Of a stretch of 64,000 nt of DNA, positions 20,630 through 30,071 are shown piece by piece. The translations under genes were made by a program, and so were the position numbers. Numbering within the stretch: position 1 is the stretch's first letter; each line of letters opens with the position of its first letter. Under the pieces are notes generated by a model. The model made no database searches. It was not told the origin of the DNA and saw nothing but the letters and a program-made list of their open reading frames with translations. Location of the stretch: contig CAJOFD010000009.1 in NCBI GenBank assembly GCA_905233585.1, positions 2,136 through 66,135 of the forward strand, read 5' to 3'. Source of the DNA: an uncultured Bacteroidales bacterium. GTDB lineage: Bacteria; Bacteroidota; Bacteroidia; Bacteroidales; WCHB1-69.

Positions 20630-23600
20630 ATGACGGAAAGCAAACTTTATATTCAATTACAAAAGTTTATTAATGCTTACTACAATAACAAGATATACAA
20701 AGGTCTTGTTGTATGGGTAAGCATTGCTGTTATATTGTTTTTAGGGCTTGTTTTCAGTGAATATTTTTCCTATTTTTCAAGCCCTATCAGGGCAGCGTTT
20801 TTTTATGGTTTTATAGCTATAACCCTGTTCAATTTCTGTGTTTTGGTGGCGGAACCATTGCTCCGTAAATTGCATGTATTGCCACAGATGTCATACGAAA
20901 AAGCGGCAAAGATTATTGGTGCACATTTCCCTGAAATTGACGATAAACTGCTTAACGCCATACAATTGAACGAGCAAATTGCCAATTGCCCGCCTGAAAA
21001 AACAGAACTGCTGTTGGCTTGTGTGGAACAACGGACAATGGAAATGAACAGATTCCATTTTCCGTTGGCTATAAATTGGCGAAAAACAAAACGTTATGCT
21101 AAATATGCTATTGTTCCGTTATTGTTGTTGTTGTGTATTTTTGTCTTGAACAATCAATTGATTACAAAACCGACACAACGTATTGTACGATATGAACAAT
21201 ATTTTGAAAAACCGGCACCATATTCGTTTGTCCTCCTCAATAAAGATTTGAAAATATTTGAAAACGATGATTTTACAATCAAAATTAAAATTGAAGGCGA
21301 AGAAATGCCTGCGGAAGTGTTTGTCAAAATTGACAATGCGGAATATAAAATGCAACAAATAGCTATCAATCAATTTCAATTTGAATTGAAAAATGTGCAA
21401 AAAAATACTCTATTTGCTATTTTTTCGCCAGAGGTGAACTCTCAAACATACGAGATACAAGTTTTGCCGCAACCCATTCTTGTAAGTTTCGTTATGGATT
21501 TGAGTTATCCCGCCTATACGGGCAAACCTAATGAAAAAATTGAAAATAATAGTGATATTAGCGTTCCGCAGGGAACAATCATCACTTGGAATTTCTATGT
21601 TAGAAATACTGATGCTGTTGTTTTTAAATATCAAGACAAAAACGATACACTCTCTGTTGCAAAAGACAACGCCGCTTGCCGTCTGCGTTTGTTGAATAGT
21701 GTAGAATATACTATATTCAATATCAATACTTTTATGCAAAACAAAGATTCTATTGCGGGTTTTGTGCATGTAGTTGCTGACCAATATCCGTCTATAGATG
21801 TAAAAACAATGCATGATAGTGTTTTTGCCGACAGATATTATTTCCGTGGAAACATAAAAGATGACTATGGCTTTGATAAATTATATTTTGTTTATACCAT
21901 CACAGAAAAAGGCAATAGTATAGAACAACAAAAAATTCCAATTGAGATAGAAAAATATGCTGTTGTGCAAGATTTTTATTATTATTTCGATGCACAGACC
22001 TTACATTTAGCACAAGGACAGCAAGTGGAATTTTATTTTGAAGTTTGGGACAATGATGCCATAAATGGTTCGAAAGCATCAAAATCAAATACGGAAGTCT
22101 TTTATTTGCCATCGTTGGACGAAATACATCAACAAACAGCGAATAGCAACAAACACGTGAAATCTGATTTGGAAAAACTGATGAAAGAAAGCGAAAAAAT
22201 ACTTTCTCAAATAGAAAACTTGAAAAAAGAAATGCTCAATCAAAATCAGGCAACATGGCAAGAAAAGAAAGAGATGGAAAACTTGCTCAAACAAATGCAA
22301 GATATTCGTAAACAGGGCGAGGCGATTGTTCAAGAACAGAAACGGCAAGAACACATCAATCAACAATATAACGATTTGAATCAAGAAATTATTGACAAAC
22401 AAAAAGAACTGCAAAAACGTTTTGATGAATTGTTCAACGATGAAATGAAATCCATGATGCAAGAATTGCAGATGATGCTCAATCAAAACATTGACAAGAA
22501 CAAAATGAATCAAATTATTGACAATATCAAAACAAATACCGAAGAAATAAACAAAAGCCTTGACCAACAATTGGAATTGTTCAAACAATTGGAAATAGAA
22601 GCCAAAATGGATAACATTATTTCCAAGTCATTGCAATTGGCCGAACAAGAAGAGCAATTGGCGGAAAAGACGCTGCAACAATCCCAAAATGATCAATCGT
22701 TGTCAGAACAACAAGAACATATCAATCAACAATTTGATGTTTTGAAATCGGATATCCAACAGATGGAAAATCTCAATAAGGCTTTGGAAGATGCCTATAA
22801 TTTGGATTCTGTCAATGCTTTAAAAACCGCTATAGAACAAAAACTACATCAGGCAAGCGAACAATTGAAACAAAAACACCCTCAAAAAGCAGCCCAAACG
22901 CAAAAAGAAGCCGCCGAAAAAATGAAAGAATTGGCTCAAGAAATAGAAACGCAAATGCAAGAATCCGAAGATGAAAATTTAGGCGAAGATATTCAGACTA
23001 TTCGTCAAACTTTGGACAATATTGTTTCAACATCTTTTGCCCAAGAAGACATTCTGCAAAAAATGAATCATACGCAAGTACATCAACCCGCGATGAAAGA
23101 TATTATTCTTCAACAATATAAACTGAAAGACAAACTCAAACTGATAGAAGATTCTATTGCTGCTGTCGCACGCCGACAAATTATGGTGGAACCTTTTATT
23201 TCCAAGCAAATACGTACTATTTCGCAAGCGCAAACGGATATTATGAATCTTATGAGCAATTCGCAGGAACAGATGTCAATAATGTTTTATGGTCCAAGTT
23301 ATGGTCGGCAGATTGCTGCCAAGCAGCAATTTATTATGACATCATTGAACGATTTGGCTTTGATGTTGGCAGAGTCGATGAAAAATATGCTACAAAAACA
23401 AAGTCAAGGACAAGCGGGTAACAGAAAAGGAAATTGCAACAGCGAAAGTTGTGGCTCCAAACCTTCCAAATCGGGCAAAAAGTCAATGAAAACCATGCGA
23501 CAAATGCAAGAACAACTCAACAAGCAACTTGAAGAGATGCGAAAGCAAATGCAACAAGGTGGCAAACAACCCAATGCTCAACAGAAAGGGCAACAACAAG

Positions 23601-24046
23601 GTCAGGGACAGAGTCTTAGCGAACAATTTGCCCGCATGGCGGCTCAACAAGAAGCCATTCGGAAAATGATGCAAGATTATCAGTCCCAACTCAAAAAAGA
23701 GGGCAAAGGCTATGACGGGCAAATTGACAAAATGCTCAAAGAAATGGAACAAACCGAAAGAGAATTAGTCAATAAGATTCTGAATCAACAAACCATCAAC
23801 CGTCAACAACAAATTATGACAAGGCTTTTGGAATCCGAAAAAGCGGAATTTCAACGAGAAAAGGATGACCAACGGCAATCTACTCAAGCCAAAGATTATA
23901 AAATTGCCACCCCGCCTGCTTACATTGAACAAGAACTTAAAAAACAAAAGGAAACGGAGTTGTACAAAACCATTCCACCTACCTTGAATAGATATTATCG
24001 CGATAAAGTCAATACATATTTCTATCATTTTCAGTACGAAAAATAG
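20630..24046 (+). CDS. DUF4175-like membrane-anchored coiled-coil protein
   Basis: N-terminal TMs, DDYG and EVWDND motifs, long Q-rich coiled coil, YYRDKVNTYF C-terminus. Confidence 0.75.
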   Translation: MTESKLYIQLQKFINAYYNNKIYKGLVVWVSIAVILFLGLVFSEYFSYFSSPIRAAFFYGFIAITLFNFCVLVAEPLLRKLHVLPQMSYEKAAKIIGAHFPEIDDKLLNAIQLNEQIANCPPEKTELLLACVEQRTMEMNRFHFPLAINWRKTKRYAKYAIVPLLLLLCIFVLNNQLITKPTQRIVRYEQYFEKPAPYSFVLLNKDLKIFENDDFTIKIKIEGEEMPAEVFVKIDNAEYKMQQIAINQFQFELKNVQKNTLFAIFSPEVNSQTYEIQVLPQPILVSFVMDLSYPAYTGKPNEKIENNSDISVPQGTIITWNFYVRNTDAVVFKYQDKNDTLSVAKDNAACRLRLLNSVEYTIFNINTFMQNKDSIAGFVHVVADQYPSIDVKTMHDSVFADRYYFRGNIKDDYGFDKLYFVYTITEKGNSIEQQKIPIEIEKYAVVQDFYYYFDAQTLHLAQGQQVEFYFEVWDNDAINGSKASKSNTEVFYLPSLDEIHQQTANSNKHVKSDLEKLMKESEKILSQIENLKKEMLNQNQATWQEKKEMENLLKQMQDIRKQGEAIVQEQKRQEHINQQYNDLNQEIIDKQKELQKRFDELFNDEMKSMMQELQMMLNQNIDKNKMNQIIDNIKTNTEEINKSLDQQLELFKQLEIEAKMDNIISKSLQLAEQEEQLAEKTLQQSQNDQSLSEQQEHINQQFDVLKSDIQQMENLNKALEDAYNLDSVNALKTAIEQKLHQASEQLKQKHPQKAAQTQKEAAEKMKELAQEIETQMQESEDENLGEDIQTIRQTLDNIVSTSFAQEDILQKMNHTQVHQPAMKDIILQQYKLKDKLKLIEDSIAAVARRQIMVEPFISKQIRTISQAQTDIMNLMSNSQEQMSIMFYGPSYGRQIAAKQQFIMTSLNDLALMLAESMKNMLQKQSQGQAGNRKGNCNSESCGSKPSKSGKKSMKTMRQMQEQLNKQLEEMRKQMQQGGKQPNAQQKGQQQGQGQSLSEQFARMAAQQEAIRKMMQDYQSQLKKEGKGYDGQIDKMLKEMEQTERELVNKILNQQTINRQQQIMTRLLESEKAEFQREKDDQRQSTQAKDYKIATPPAYIEQELKKQKETELYKTIPPTLNRYYRDKVNTYFYHFQYEK

Positions 24047-25362
24047 TGAACAAACGCATACTTAAACTTACGTTGCCCAATATTGTTTCTAATATTACCG
24101 TGCCCTTGTTGGGTATGGTTGATTTGGCTATTGTAGGGCATTTGGGCAGTCTTGACTATATTGGCGCCATTGCGATTGCTGCAACCGTTTTCAATTTTAT
24201 TTATTGGAATTTTGGCTTTCTTAGAATGGGGACAAGCGGTTATACCGCCCAATCCTATGGGGCTAAAGATTTAAGTCAAGCGGTTAATACATTGGTAAAA
24301 GCCGTTTTTATAGCATTGTTTATTGCTATTATTGTTATTACTTTGCAATATCCATTGTGTTATGTTGCATTGTTGTTTTTTGATATCAATGCAGATATGG
24401 CAGATATGGTCAGACAATATTTTTTTATACGCATTTGGGCTGCTCCTGCAACCTTGTTGTTGTATGTATTCAATGGCTGGTTTATTGGTATGCAAAATGC
24501 AAATACACCTATGATTGTCGCAATTGTTTCCAATGTATTGAATATTTTGTTTAGTCTGTTTTTTGTCATTGTTTGTAAAATGGGTATTGCAGGTGTTGCT
24601 TGGGGAACATTGTTGGCACAATATACAGGTCTTTTGTTGTCAATGTTGTTTTGGAGTTTGTTTTATAGAAAATTGTGGAAAAAAATAAACATTGCCAAAA
24701 GTCTTGTATGGAAAGATATGAAACAATTTTTGCAAGTCAATAGGGATATTTTTCTGCGCAGTTTCTGCTTGTTGATGGTCTTTTCTTTTATACCTTTGGC
24801 TGGTGCCAAACAAGGGGATATGGTTTTGGCAATAAATACGTTGTTGTTGCAGTTTCTGACCATTTTTTCTTATATTATGGACGGTTTTGCCTATGCTGGG
24901 GAAGCACTTTCGGGTAAATATATCGGAGCCAAAGACAGACAATCGCTATACAAAATGATTACCTATATTTTTGTCTGGGGAGCCATTATATCTTTAGGCT
25001 TTACATTAATATATGCTTTGGGCGGCCATGTTCTTTTGGCGATACTTACCAATCAAAAAGAAATTATAGAGGCGGCAGGACAATACTATTTTTGGGTATT
25101 GGCCATTCCCTTGGCGGGTTTTGCGGCCTTTTTGTGGGATGGTATATATATTGGGGCTACGGCTTCCAAAGAGATGAAAAATACGATGATTGTTGCTACA
25201 GGTATATTTTTTGTTATTTATTATATTTTTTGCAATAAACTGGGCAATAATGCTTTATGGCTGGCTATGGTTGCCTTTTTGATGGCAAGAAGTTTGTCTC
25301 TTACCATACTTGTTGCCAAGAAAAAAAATATATTTTCACAATTTTTTGATGAAGAAAGTTAA
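24046..25362 (+). CDS. MATE-family efflux transporter (DinF-like)
   Basis: PNIVSNITVPLLGMVD, FGFLRMGTSG and DGIYIG motifs; about 12 TMs; GTG start overlaps the upstream stop. Confidence 0.9.
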   Translation: MNKRILKLTLPNIVSNITVPLLGMVDLAIVGHLGSLDYIGAIAIAATVFNFIYWNFGFLRMGTSGYTAQSYGAKDLSQAVNTLVKAVFIALFIAIIVITLQYPLCYVALLFFDINADMADMVRQYFFIRIWAAPATLLLYVFNGWFIGMQNANTPMIVAIVSNVLNILFSLFFVIVCKMGIAGVAWGTLLAQYTGLLLSMLFWSLFYRKLWKKINIAKSLVWKDMKQFLQVNRDIFLRSFCLLMVFSFIPLAGAKQGDMVLAINTLLLQFLTIFSYIMDGFAYAGEALSGKYIGAKDRQSLYKMITYIFVWGAIISLGFTLIYALGGHVLLAILTNQKEIIEAAGQYYFWVLAIPLAGFAAFLWDGIYIGATASKEMKNTMIVATGIFFVIYYIFCNKLGNNALWLAMVAFLMARSLSLTILVAKKKNIFSQFFDEES

Positions 25363-25504
25363 CAATAAAAAATATTTAGACGACAATTTCTAAAAAATGA
25401 TAAAATTTAAAAGTTTTATGTTATCTTTGCAAATTAAAAGCAAAATAAAAGTTGCATGTATAGTTTGAAATAAATAAATTGTTTAATAAAAAATAGATAA
25501 TATT

Positions 25505-26809
25505 ATGGCAATATTAAAACCGTTTAAGGGCTTACGTCCTCCAGTAGAATTGGTAAAAAAAATCGCATCACGTCCTTATGACGTCCTCAACACAGAAGAA
25601 GCGCGTATAGAAGCCTCTGGTAATCCGATGTCATTGTTACACATTACAAAGGCAGAAATTGATTTGCCCAAAGGTGTAGATGAACATTCTCAAGAAGTGT
25701 ATGACAAGGTGGTGGAAAATTTCCAAAAATTCCAAGATAATGGTTGGTTGGTGCAAGACAATGAAGAAAAATATTATGTTTATGCACAAACAATGGATGG
25801 CCGCACACAATATGGTATTATGGGTTGTACTCATATTGATGATTATTTCAACAATAACATCAAAAAACACGAATTGACCCGTAAAGACAAAGAAGAAGAC
25901 AGAATGATTCACGTGCGTATCACCAATGCAAACGTAGAACCTGTGTTCTTTTCTTATCCTGCTAATGCAGAAATTGATGCTATTGTTGCCAATGTGGTGA
26001 AAAATCCTCCTATTTATGATTTTGTGGCTGAAGATGGTTTCGGACATCATTTTTGGGTAATTGATGACAAAAATACCATTAACCGTATTTCTGAAATTTT
26101 CAAAAACGATATACCTTATTTGTATGTTGCAGACGGACACCACCGTACGGCTGCTGCTGCTTTGGTAGGGGCTGAAAAGAAAAAAAATAATCCTAACCAT
26201 ACTGGCAATGAAGAATATAACTATTTTATGGCAGTTATATTCCCTGATAATCAATTGAAAATAATTGACTACAACCGTGTCGTTAAAGATTTGAATGGTT
26301 TGGACGCAAAACAATTTATCGAAGCCTTGAAAGAAAACTTTGATATTGAATGCAAATGCGATTGTACACTTAATGGTGGCAAATGCGAATGTGAATTACC
26401 ATGTCATTGTGAATCAAGTGTACCTTATAAACCAACCAATTTGCACAATTTCTCTATGTATTTGGAAGGTGTGTGGTATTCTTTGACTGCAAAACAAGGC
26501 ACGTATAACGACAATGACCCGATTGGTGTATTGGATGTAACTATCCTTTCCAATTTGGTGCTTGACAAAATTTTGGGTATCAAGGATTTGAGAACAGACA
26601 AGAGAATTGACTTTGTCGGTGGTATTCGTGGTTTGGGTGAATTGAAACGCAGAGTGGATAGCGGCGAAATGAAAGTGGCTTTTGCTTTGTATCCTGTTTC
26701 AATGAAACAGATTATCGATATTGCTGATAGCGGCAATATTATGCCTCCTAAAACTACATGGTTCGAACCAAAATTGCGTTCCGGTTTGGCTATTCATGTT
26801 TTAGAATAG
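25505..26809 (+). CDS. DUF1015-family protein with Cys-rich insertion
   Basis: PYDV, IKKHELTR, YVADGHHR and MPPKTTWFEPKLRSGL motifs. Confidence 0.9.
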   Translation: MAILKPFKGLRPPVELVKKIASRPYDVLNTEEARIEASGNPMSLLHITKAEIDLPKGVDEHSQEVYDKVVENFQKFQDNGWLVQDNEEKYYVYAQTMDGRTQYGIMGCTHIDDYFNNNIKKHELTRKDKEEDRMIHVRITNANVEPVFFSYPANAEIDAIVANVVKNPPIYDFVAEDGFGHHFWVIDDKNTINRISEIFKNDIPYLYVADGHHRTAAAALVGAEKKKNNPNHTGNEEYNYFMAVIFPDNQLKIIDYNRVVKDLNGLDAKQFIEALKENFDIECKCDCTLNGGKCECELPCHCESSVPYKPTNLHNFSMYLEGVWYSLTAKQGTYNDNDPIGVLDVTILSNLVLDKILGIKDLRTDKRIDFVGGIRGLGELKRRVDSGEMKVAFALYPVSMKQIIDIADSGNIMPPKTTWFEPKLRSGLAIHVLE

Positions 26810-26838
26810 AAAAGTCAATCAAATAAGATAATAAAATG

Positions 26839-26868
26839 AAAGGGCTGGTGTAAAAACCAACCCTTTTT
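26839..26868 (+). terminator. Intrinsic terminator
   Basis: AAAGGGCTGGT-GTAAAA-ACCAACCCTTTTT. Confidence 0.6.
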
Positions 26869-26874
26869 GTTCGT

Positions 26875-27450
26875 ATGCAACAAGCACATTTAGTCATTTT
26901 TGCCAATCATACCATTGACTGTTCTTGCAAAGAGAACTTTTTGCCCTGTTTTTTGTCCATAGACCAAACAGCAATAACCGATTATTTGAATAAATACATG
27001 TGTTTGAGTAATTGTGAAGATAGGGTTGAACCTTTTGTTTGGATTGAGGAAAATGCTTTGCCTTATCGTTTTCTTTTTTATGGCATAGAAGTAAAAATGG
27101 AGAAAAATTTGATACAAATGAAATTTCCGTTTATTTTTCGGGCGATTGTTGATTTTGTTCCTTTACGAACGGCATTGTTGCAATTGTGCCAAACTTTGTT
27201 ACCTGCTTTGGGAACAAGTGAAATGGTTTTCTGTCCTTCATTTTGGCAACAGACAGCCTTGGAATGTCATACCGAATGGGGAGAAAAACGGTTGTTGCAA
27301 ATGCAGGAAAAAATCATGAATAAGGCTACTTCATACAAGCGGACAAAATTGAATCTGGCTCATTGTATGGGGGCTGCTTTAGAAGATTTTGCCCGATTCC
27401 CCGATAAGAAATACAGAGGTTGGCTGATATATGATTTAAGCAGAAGATAA
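26875..27450 (+). CDS. Hypothetical protein
   Basis: 191-aa ORF filling the gap between two terminators; no recognised motif. Confidence 0.55.
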   Translation: MQQAHLVIFANHTIDCSCKENFLPCFLSIDQTAITDYLNKYMCLSNCEDRVEPFVWIEENALPYRFLFYGIEVKMEKNLIQMKFPFIFRAIVDFVPLRTALLQLCQTLLPALGTSEMVFCPSFWQQTALECHTEWGEKRLLQMQEKIMNKATSYKRTKLNLAHCMGAALEDFARFPDKKYRGWLIYDLSRR

Positions 27451-27452
27451 AC

Positions 27453-27487
27453 AAAAAAAAGGATATTCTTGGAATACCCTTTTTTTT
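27453..27487. terminator. Bidirectional terminator
   Basis: A8-GGATATTC-TTG-GAATACCC-T8 between convergent genes. Confidence 0.65.
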
Positions 27488-27513
27488 ATCATTGTTAAAC
27501 TTCTATAATAGTC

Positions 27514-28464
27514 TTATTTGTTGAATTTTTTCGCTACTTCTTTCAGCATCACTTCTGTCATTTTGTCCAAGTCGTAAACGTATGACAGATTCCAGTCTTT
27601 TTTGGATTGGTCATCGTTAATGCTTTGCGGCCAAGAGTCTGCTATAGCCTGACGGAAATCGGGTTCATAGTCAATAGTGAAATCCGGCATTTGTTTTTTG
27701 ATGGATTTGAATACATCGTCTGGACAGAAACTCATACCGCCAATATTGTAACTTTCTTTTACCGTCAATTTGTCGGCATCTGCCTGCATAATGTCTATTG
27801 TTGCTTTGATGGCATCGGGCATAAACATCATCGGCAAATAGGTCTTTTCTGACAAGAAACAGGTGTAGTGATGATTTTTTATGGCTTCGTAGTAGATTTC
27901 AACAGCGTAGTCAGTGGTGCCGCCGCCTGCTTCTGTTTTGTAACTTATCAAACCGGGATAACGGACACTACGGGTATCTACACCGTAACGTTTGTTGTAG
28001 TATGCAATCCAACGTTCACCTGCCAATTTGCTGATACCATAAACCGTATTGGGGTCCATAACACATTGTTGCGGGGTATTTTTGGTTGGGGTACTCGGCC
28101 CGAAAACTGCAATACTGCTTGGCCAGAACAATCTTTTGAGTTTCAATTCGCGGGCAATGTCCAAAACGCCCAACAAACCTTTCATATTAATATCCCAAGA
28201 TGGGAGAGGTTTTTTTTCTGCATTGCCAGACAGGATTGCGGCCAAGTGATAAATTTGGGTGATACCGTATTTTTTCACCACTTCGGCAACTTTGTCTGTT
28301 TCCAATGCGTTTACGATTTCAAAAGGACCGCTTTGGCAAATATCTTCACCTGCTTGGCGAATATCTGCAGCAACAACATTGCTATCCCCATACATTTTTC
28401 TAAGTTCGAGGGTCAATTCTGAACCTATTTGACCGGCACAGCCTATAACTAATATTTTATCCAT
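27514..28464 (-). CDS. SDR-type L-threonine 3-dehydrogenase
   Basis: GCAGQIG, PSSIAVFG, YGISK, GGGTTDYAV and RQAIADSWP motifs of epimerase-like threonine dehydrogenases. Confidence 0.8.
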   Translation of the reverse strand: MDKILVIGCAGQIGSELTLELRKMYGDSNVVAADIRQAGEDICQSGPFEIVNALETDKVAEVVKKYGITQIYHLAAILSGNAEKKPLPSWDINMKGLLGVLDIARELKLKRLFWPSSIAVFGPSTPTKNTPQQCVMDPNTVYGISKLAGERWIAYYNKRYGVDTRSVRYPGLISYKTEAGGGTTDYAVEIYYEAIKNHHYTCFLSEKTYLPMMFMPDAIKATIDIMQADADKLTVKESYNIGGMSFCPDDVFKSIKKQMPDFTIDYEPDFRQAIADSWPQSINDDQSKKDWNLSYVYDLDKMTEVMLKEVAKKFNK

Positions 28465-28596
28465 GTTTGTTACGTATTTTTTAATTTTTGCAAAAGTAGA
28501 AAAAATAAATAGAATAGGATTGTTTTTTGGGTAATTTTTTTCAAGTTTTTTATTTTTTCATTGGTTTGTCTGTAATGCAAGGTGAAAATGAAAGTT

Positions 28597-28884
28597 TTAT
28601 AGGTCTGTTAAAAGAAATCCCATATAGAAAGGAAGAGTAAGGAGGGCTCTGGTTCGTCCTACATTATAATCTCCTAATTTTATGGCATGGTAAACATGAT
28701 ATTTCTCGCTATGTTTCAATATGGTTTGTAAGGATTTTGCATTTCCACTTTTTGCTTTGCATTTTACAATTACACACTCACCTTTGTAGCGTAGGACAAA
28801 ATCTATTTCCAAACCGCTTTCTTTGTGGTAATAATACAATTTTCGTCCCATTTTCTTGTAATGAACAAACCATACATCAAGCAA
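28597..28884 (-). pseudogene. 3' remnant of AAA-ATPase/DUF4143 gene
   Basis: KLYYY...LEIDFVL...K..SGNAKSL...LPFYMGFLL resembles the DUF4143 C-terminus; ATPase part absent and the expected E-x-K reads K-C-K. Confidence 0.7.
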
Positions 28885-28958
28885 AGTTTATAAATGCATA
28901 TTAGCCTCATATTTTTGGGTTATCTTTTATCGGCTCATTTTACTACCTCTCATACTTG

Positions 28959-29507
28959 TTATCTACTATTCCACAAAATATAATCCAATATTTTAATATC
29001 TGACAAATTATATTCTGGAAAGTATTCTTTAAAATCTTTTATAGCTTGTTGTATATCTTTTTGTTTAAGTTTGTTATTTTCTATTTCAATTATTTTATTA
29101 TAAACTACTATAGTATCCTTTAATTTTTCTTCTTTTGTTTTACCTTTTACTTCTAGATTTAAATTAGATAACACATATTGATCCCATATTGGCATATCAG
29201 GATTTATTGTAGATAAAAGTTTACTACAAAATGATGCTTCAATATTTCCTGTTTTCTTATACATATAACCAACTATTTCTTCAAATGTTACATTCTTTCT
29301 ATTCTTAATTGATTCAAAGTAATCATAAAAAACTTTTCTCCAACAATCATTTCTTCTTACACGATAAAATGCATTGAATCTGGTTTGAAACTCAGTATCA
29401 TTACTTATATCGCATTTATAAAGATTATCTTTAATATAATTATACTTATCTAATGCTAAAAATCTAATCACAGCATTTTTTTGAAAATTTGTAAAACTAT
29501 AGTCCAT
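28959..29507 (-). CDS. Hypothetical very AT-rich protein, putative HhH-glycosylase-like fold
   Basis: FNAFYRVRR, EASFCSKLL..INPDMPIWD and KILDYILW motifs; preceded by an AGGGGT Shine-Dalgarno-like sequence. Confidence 0.6.
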   Translation of the reverse strand: MDYSFTNFQKNAVIRFLALDKYNYIKDNLYKCDISNDTEFQTRFNAFYRVRRNDCWRKVFYDYFESIKNRKNVTFEEIVGYMYKKTGNIEASFCSKLLSTINPDMPIWDQYVLSNLNLEVKGKTKEEKLKDTIVVYNKIIEIENNKLKQKDIQQAIKDFKEYFPEYNLSDIKILDYILWNSR

Positions 29508-29663
29508 GATTACCCCTATCTAATTATAATAATCGATTATATCATTACTATTTCCAAGCGACTTTCAAATGCAAAAGTATAATTTTTTTCTTTTTGGGGC
29601 CTTTTTAGGGGGGGAAAAAAATGTTATTTTGAGGTAGTTGAGGATAGCAAAGAACAATCATTT

Positions 29664-29748
29664 TTTTGCGGAACGAAAAAATCAAGAAATTTTTTTTGAC
29701 AAAAAGACAGATTTGTTAAAAAAAAATATATACTTTTGCGGAACGAAA
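29664..29748 (+). promoter_or_regulatory. 15-bp direct repeat pair flanking a sigma-A -7 element
   Basis: TTTTGCGGAACGAAA at 29664-29678 and 29734-29748 (70-bp period); second copy overlaps TACTTTTG at 29731-29738. Confidence 0.6.
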
Positions 29749-30019
29749 TATCAAAATAAATGATAAAAATCAGCGGAATTAGTCTTTTGAATCTATGCGA
29801 AACCGAATCTTGCAGAGAGTGTAAGTGCTTGGTTTTTAATCATTTTCCTCCCCCCCCCCAATTGCGATAATATTTTAATTTTCAGTATCTTACAGTATTT
29901 TGGCTGCCTGTCTCTTACCTATAAAGAGACGGGTTTGTGGTCGTTTTGTAAGTTGCTGTTTTATAGTATTATAAACATTAGAACCTTATTAGGACTAAAA
30001 AAACGCTTGCAAATTCTTA

Positions 30020-30027
30020 TATTTTTG
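30020..30027 (+). promoter_or_regulatory. Candidate sigma-A -7 element of the island operon
   Basis: TATTTTTG followed by CAAC, about 45 nt before ATG 30072. Confidence 0.55.
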
Positions 30028-30071
30028 CAACGGCGACAGATAATCAATAATCATCTAAAAATAAATAATCT

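Noticed and set aside
29608-29856. Invertible promoter bounded by GGGGGGGAAAAAAATG / CATTTTCCTCCCCCCC
   Set aside because: The 14/16 match is between homopolymer runs, does not extend, and no recombinase is present in the window.
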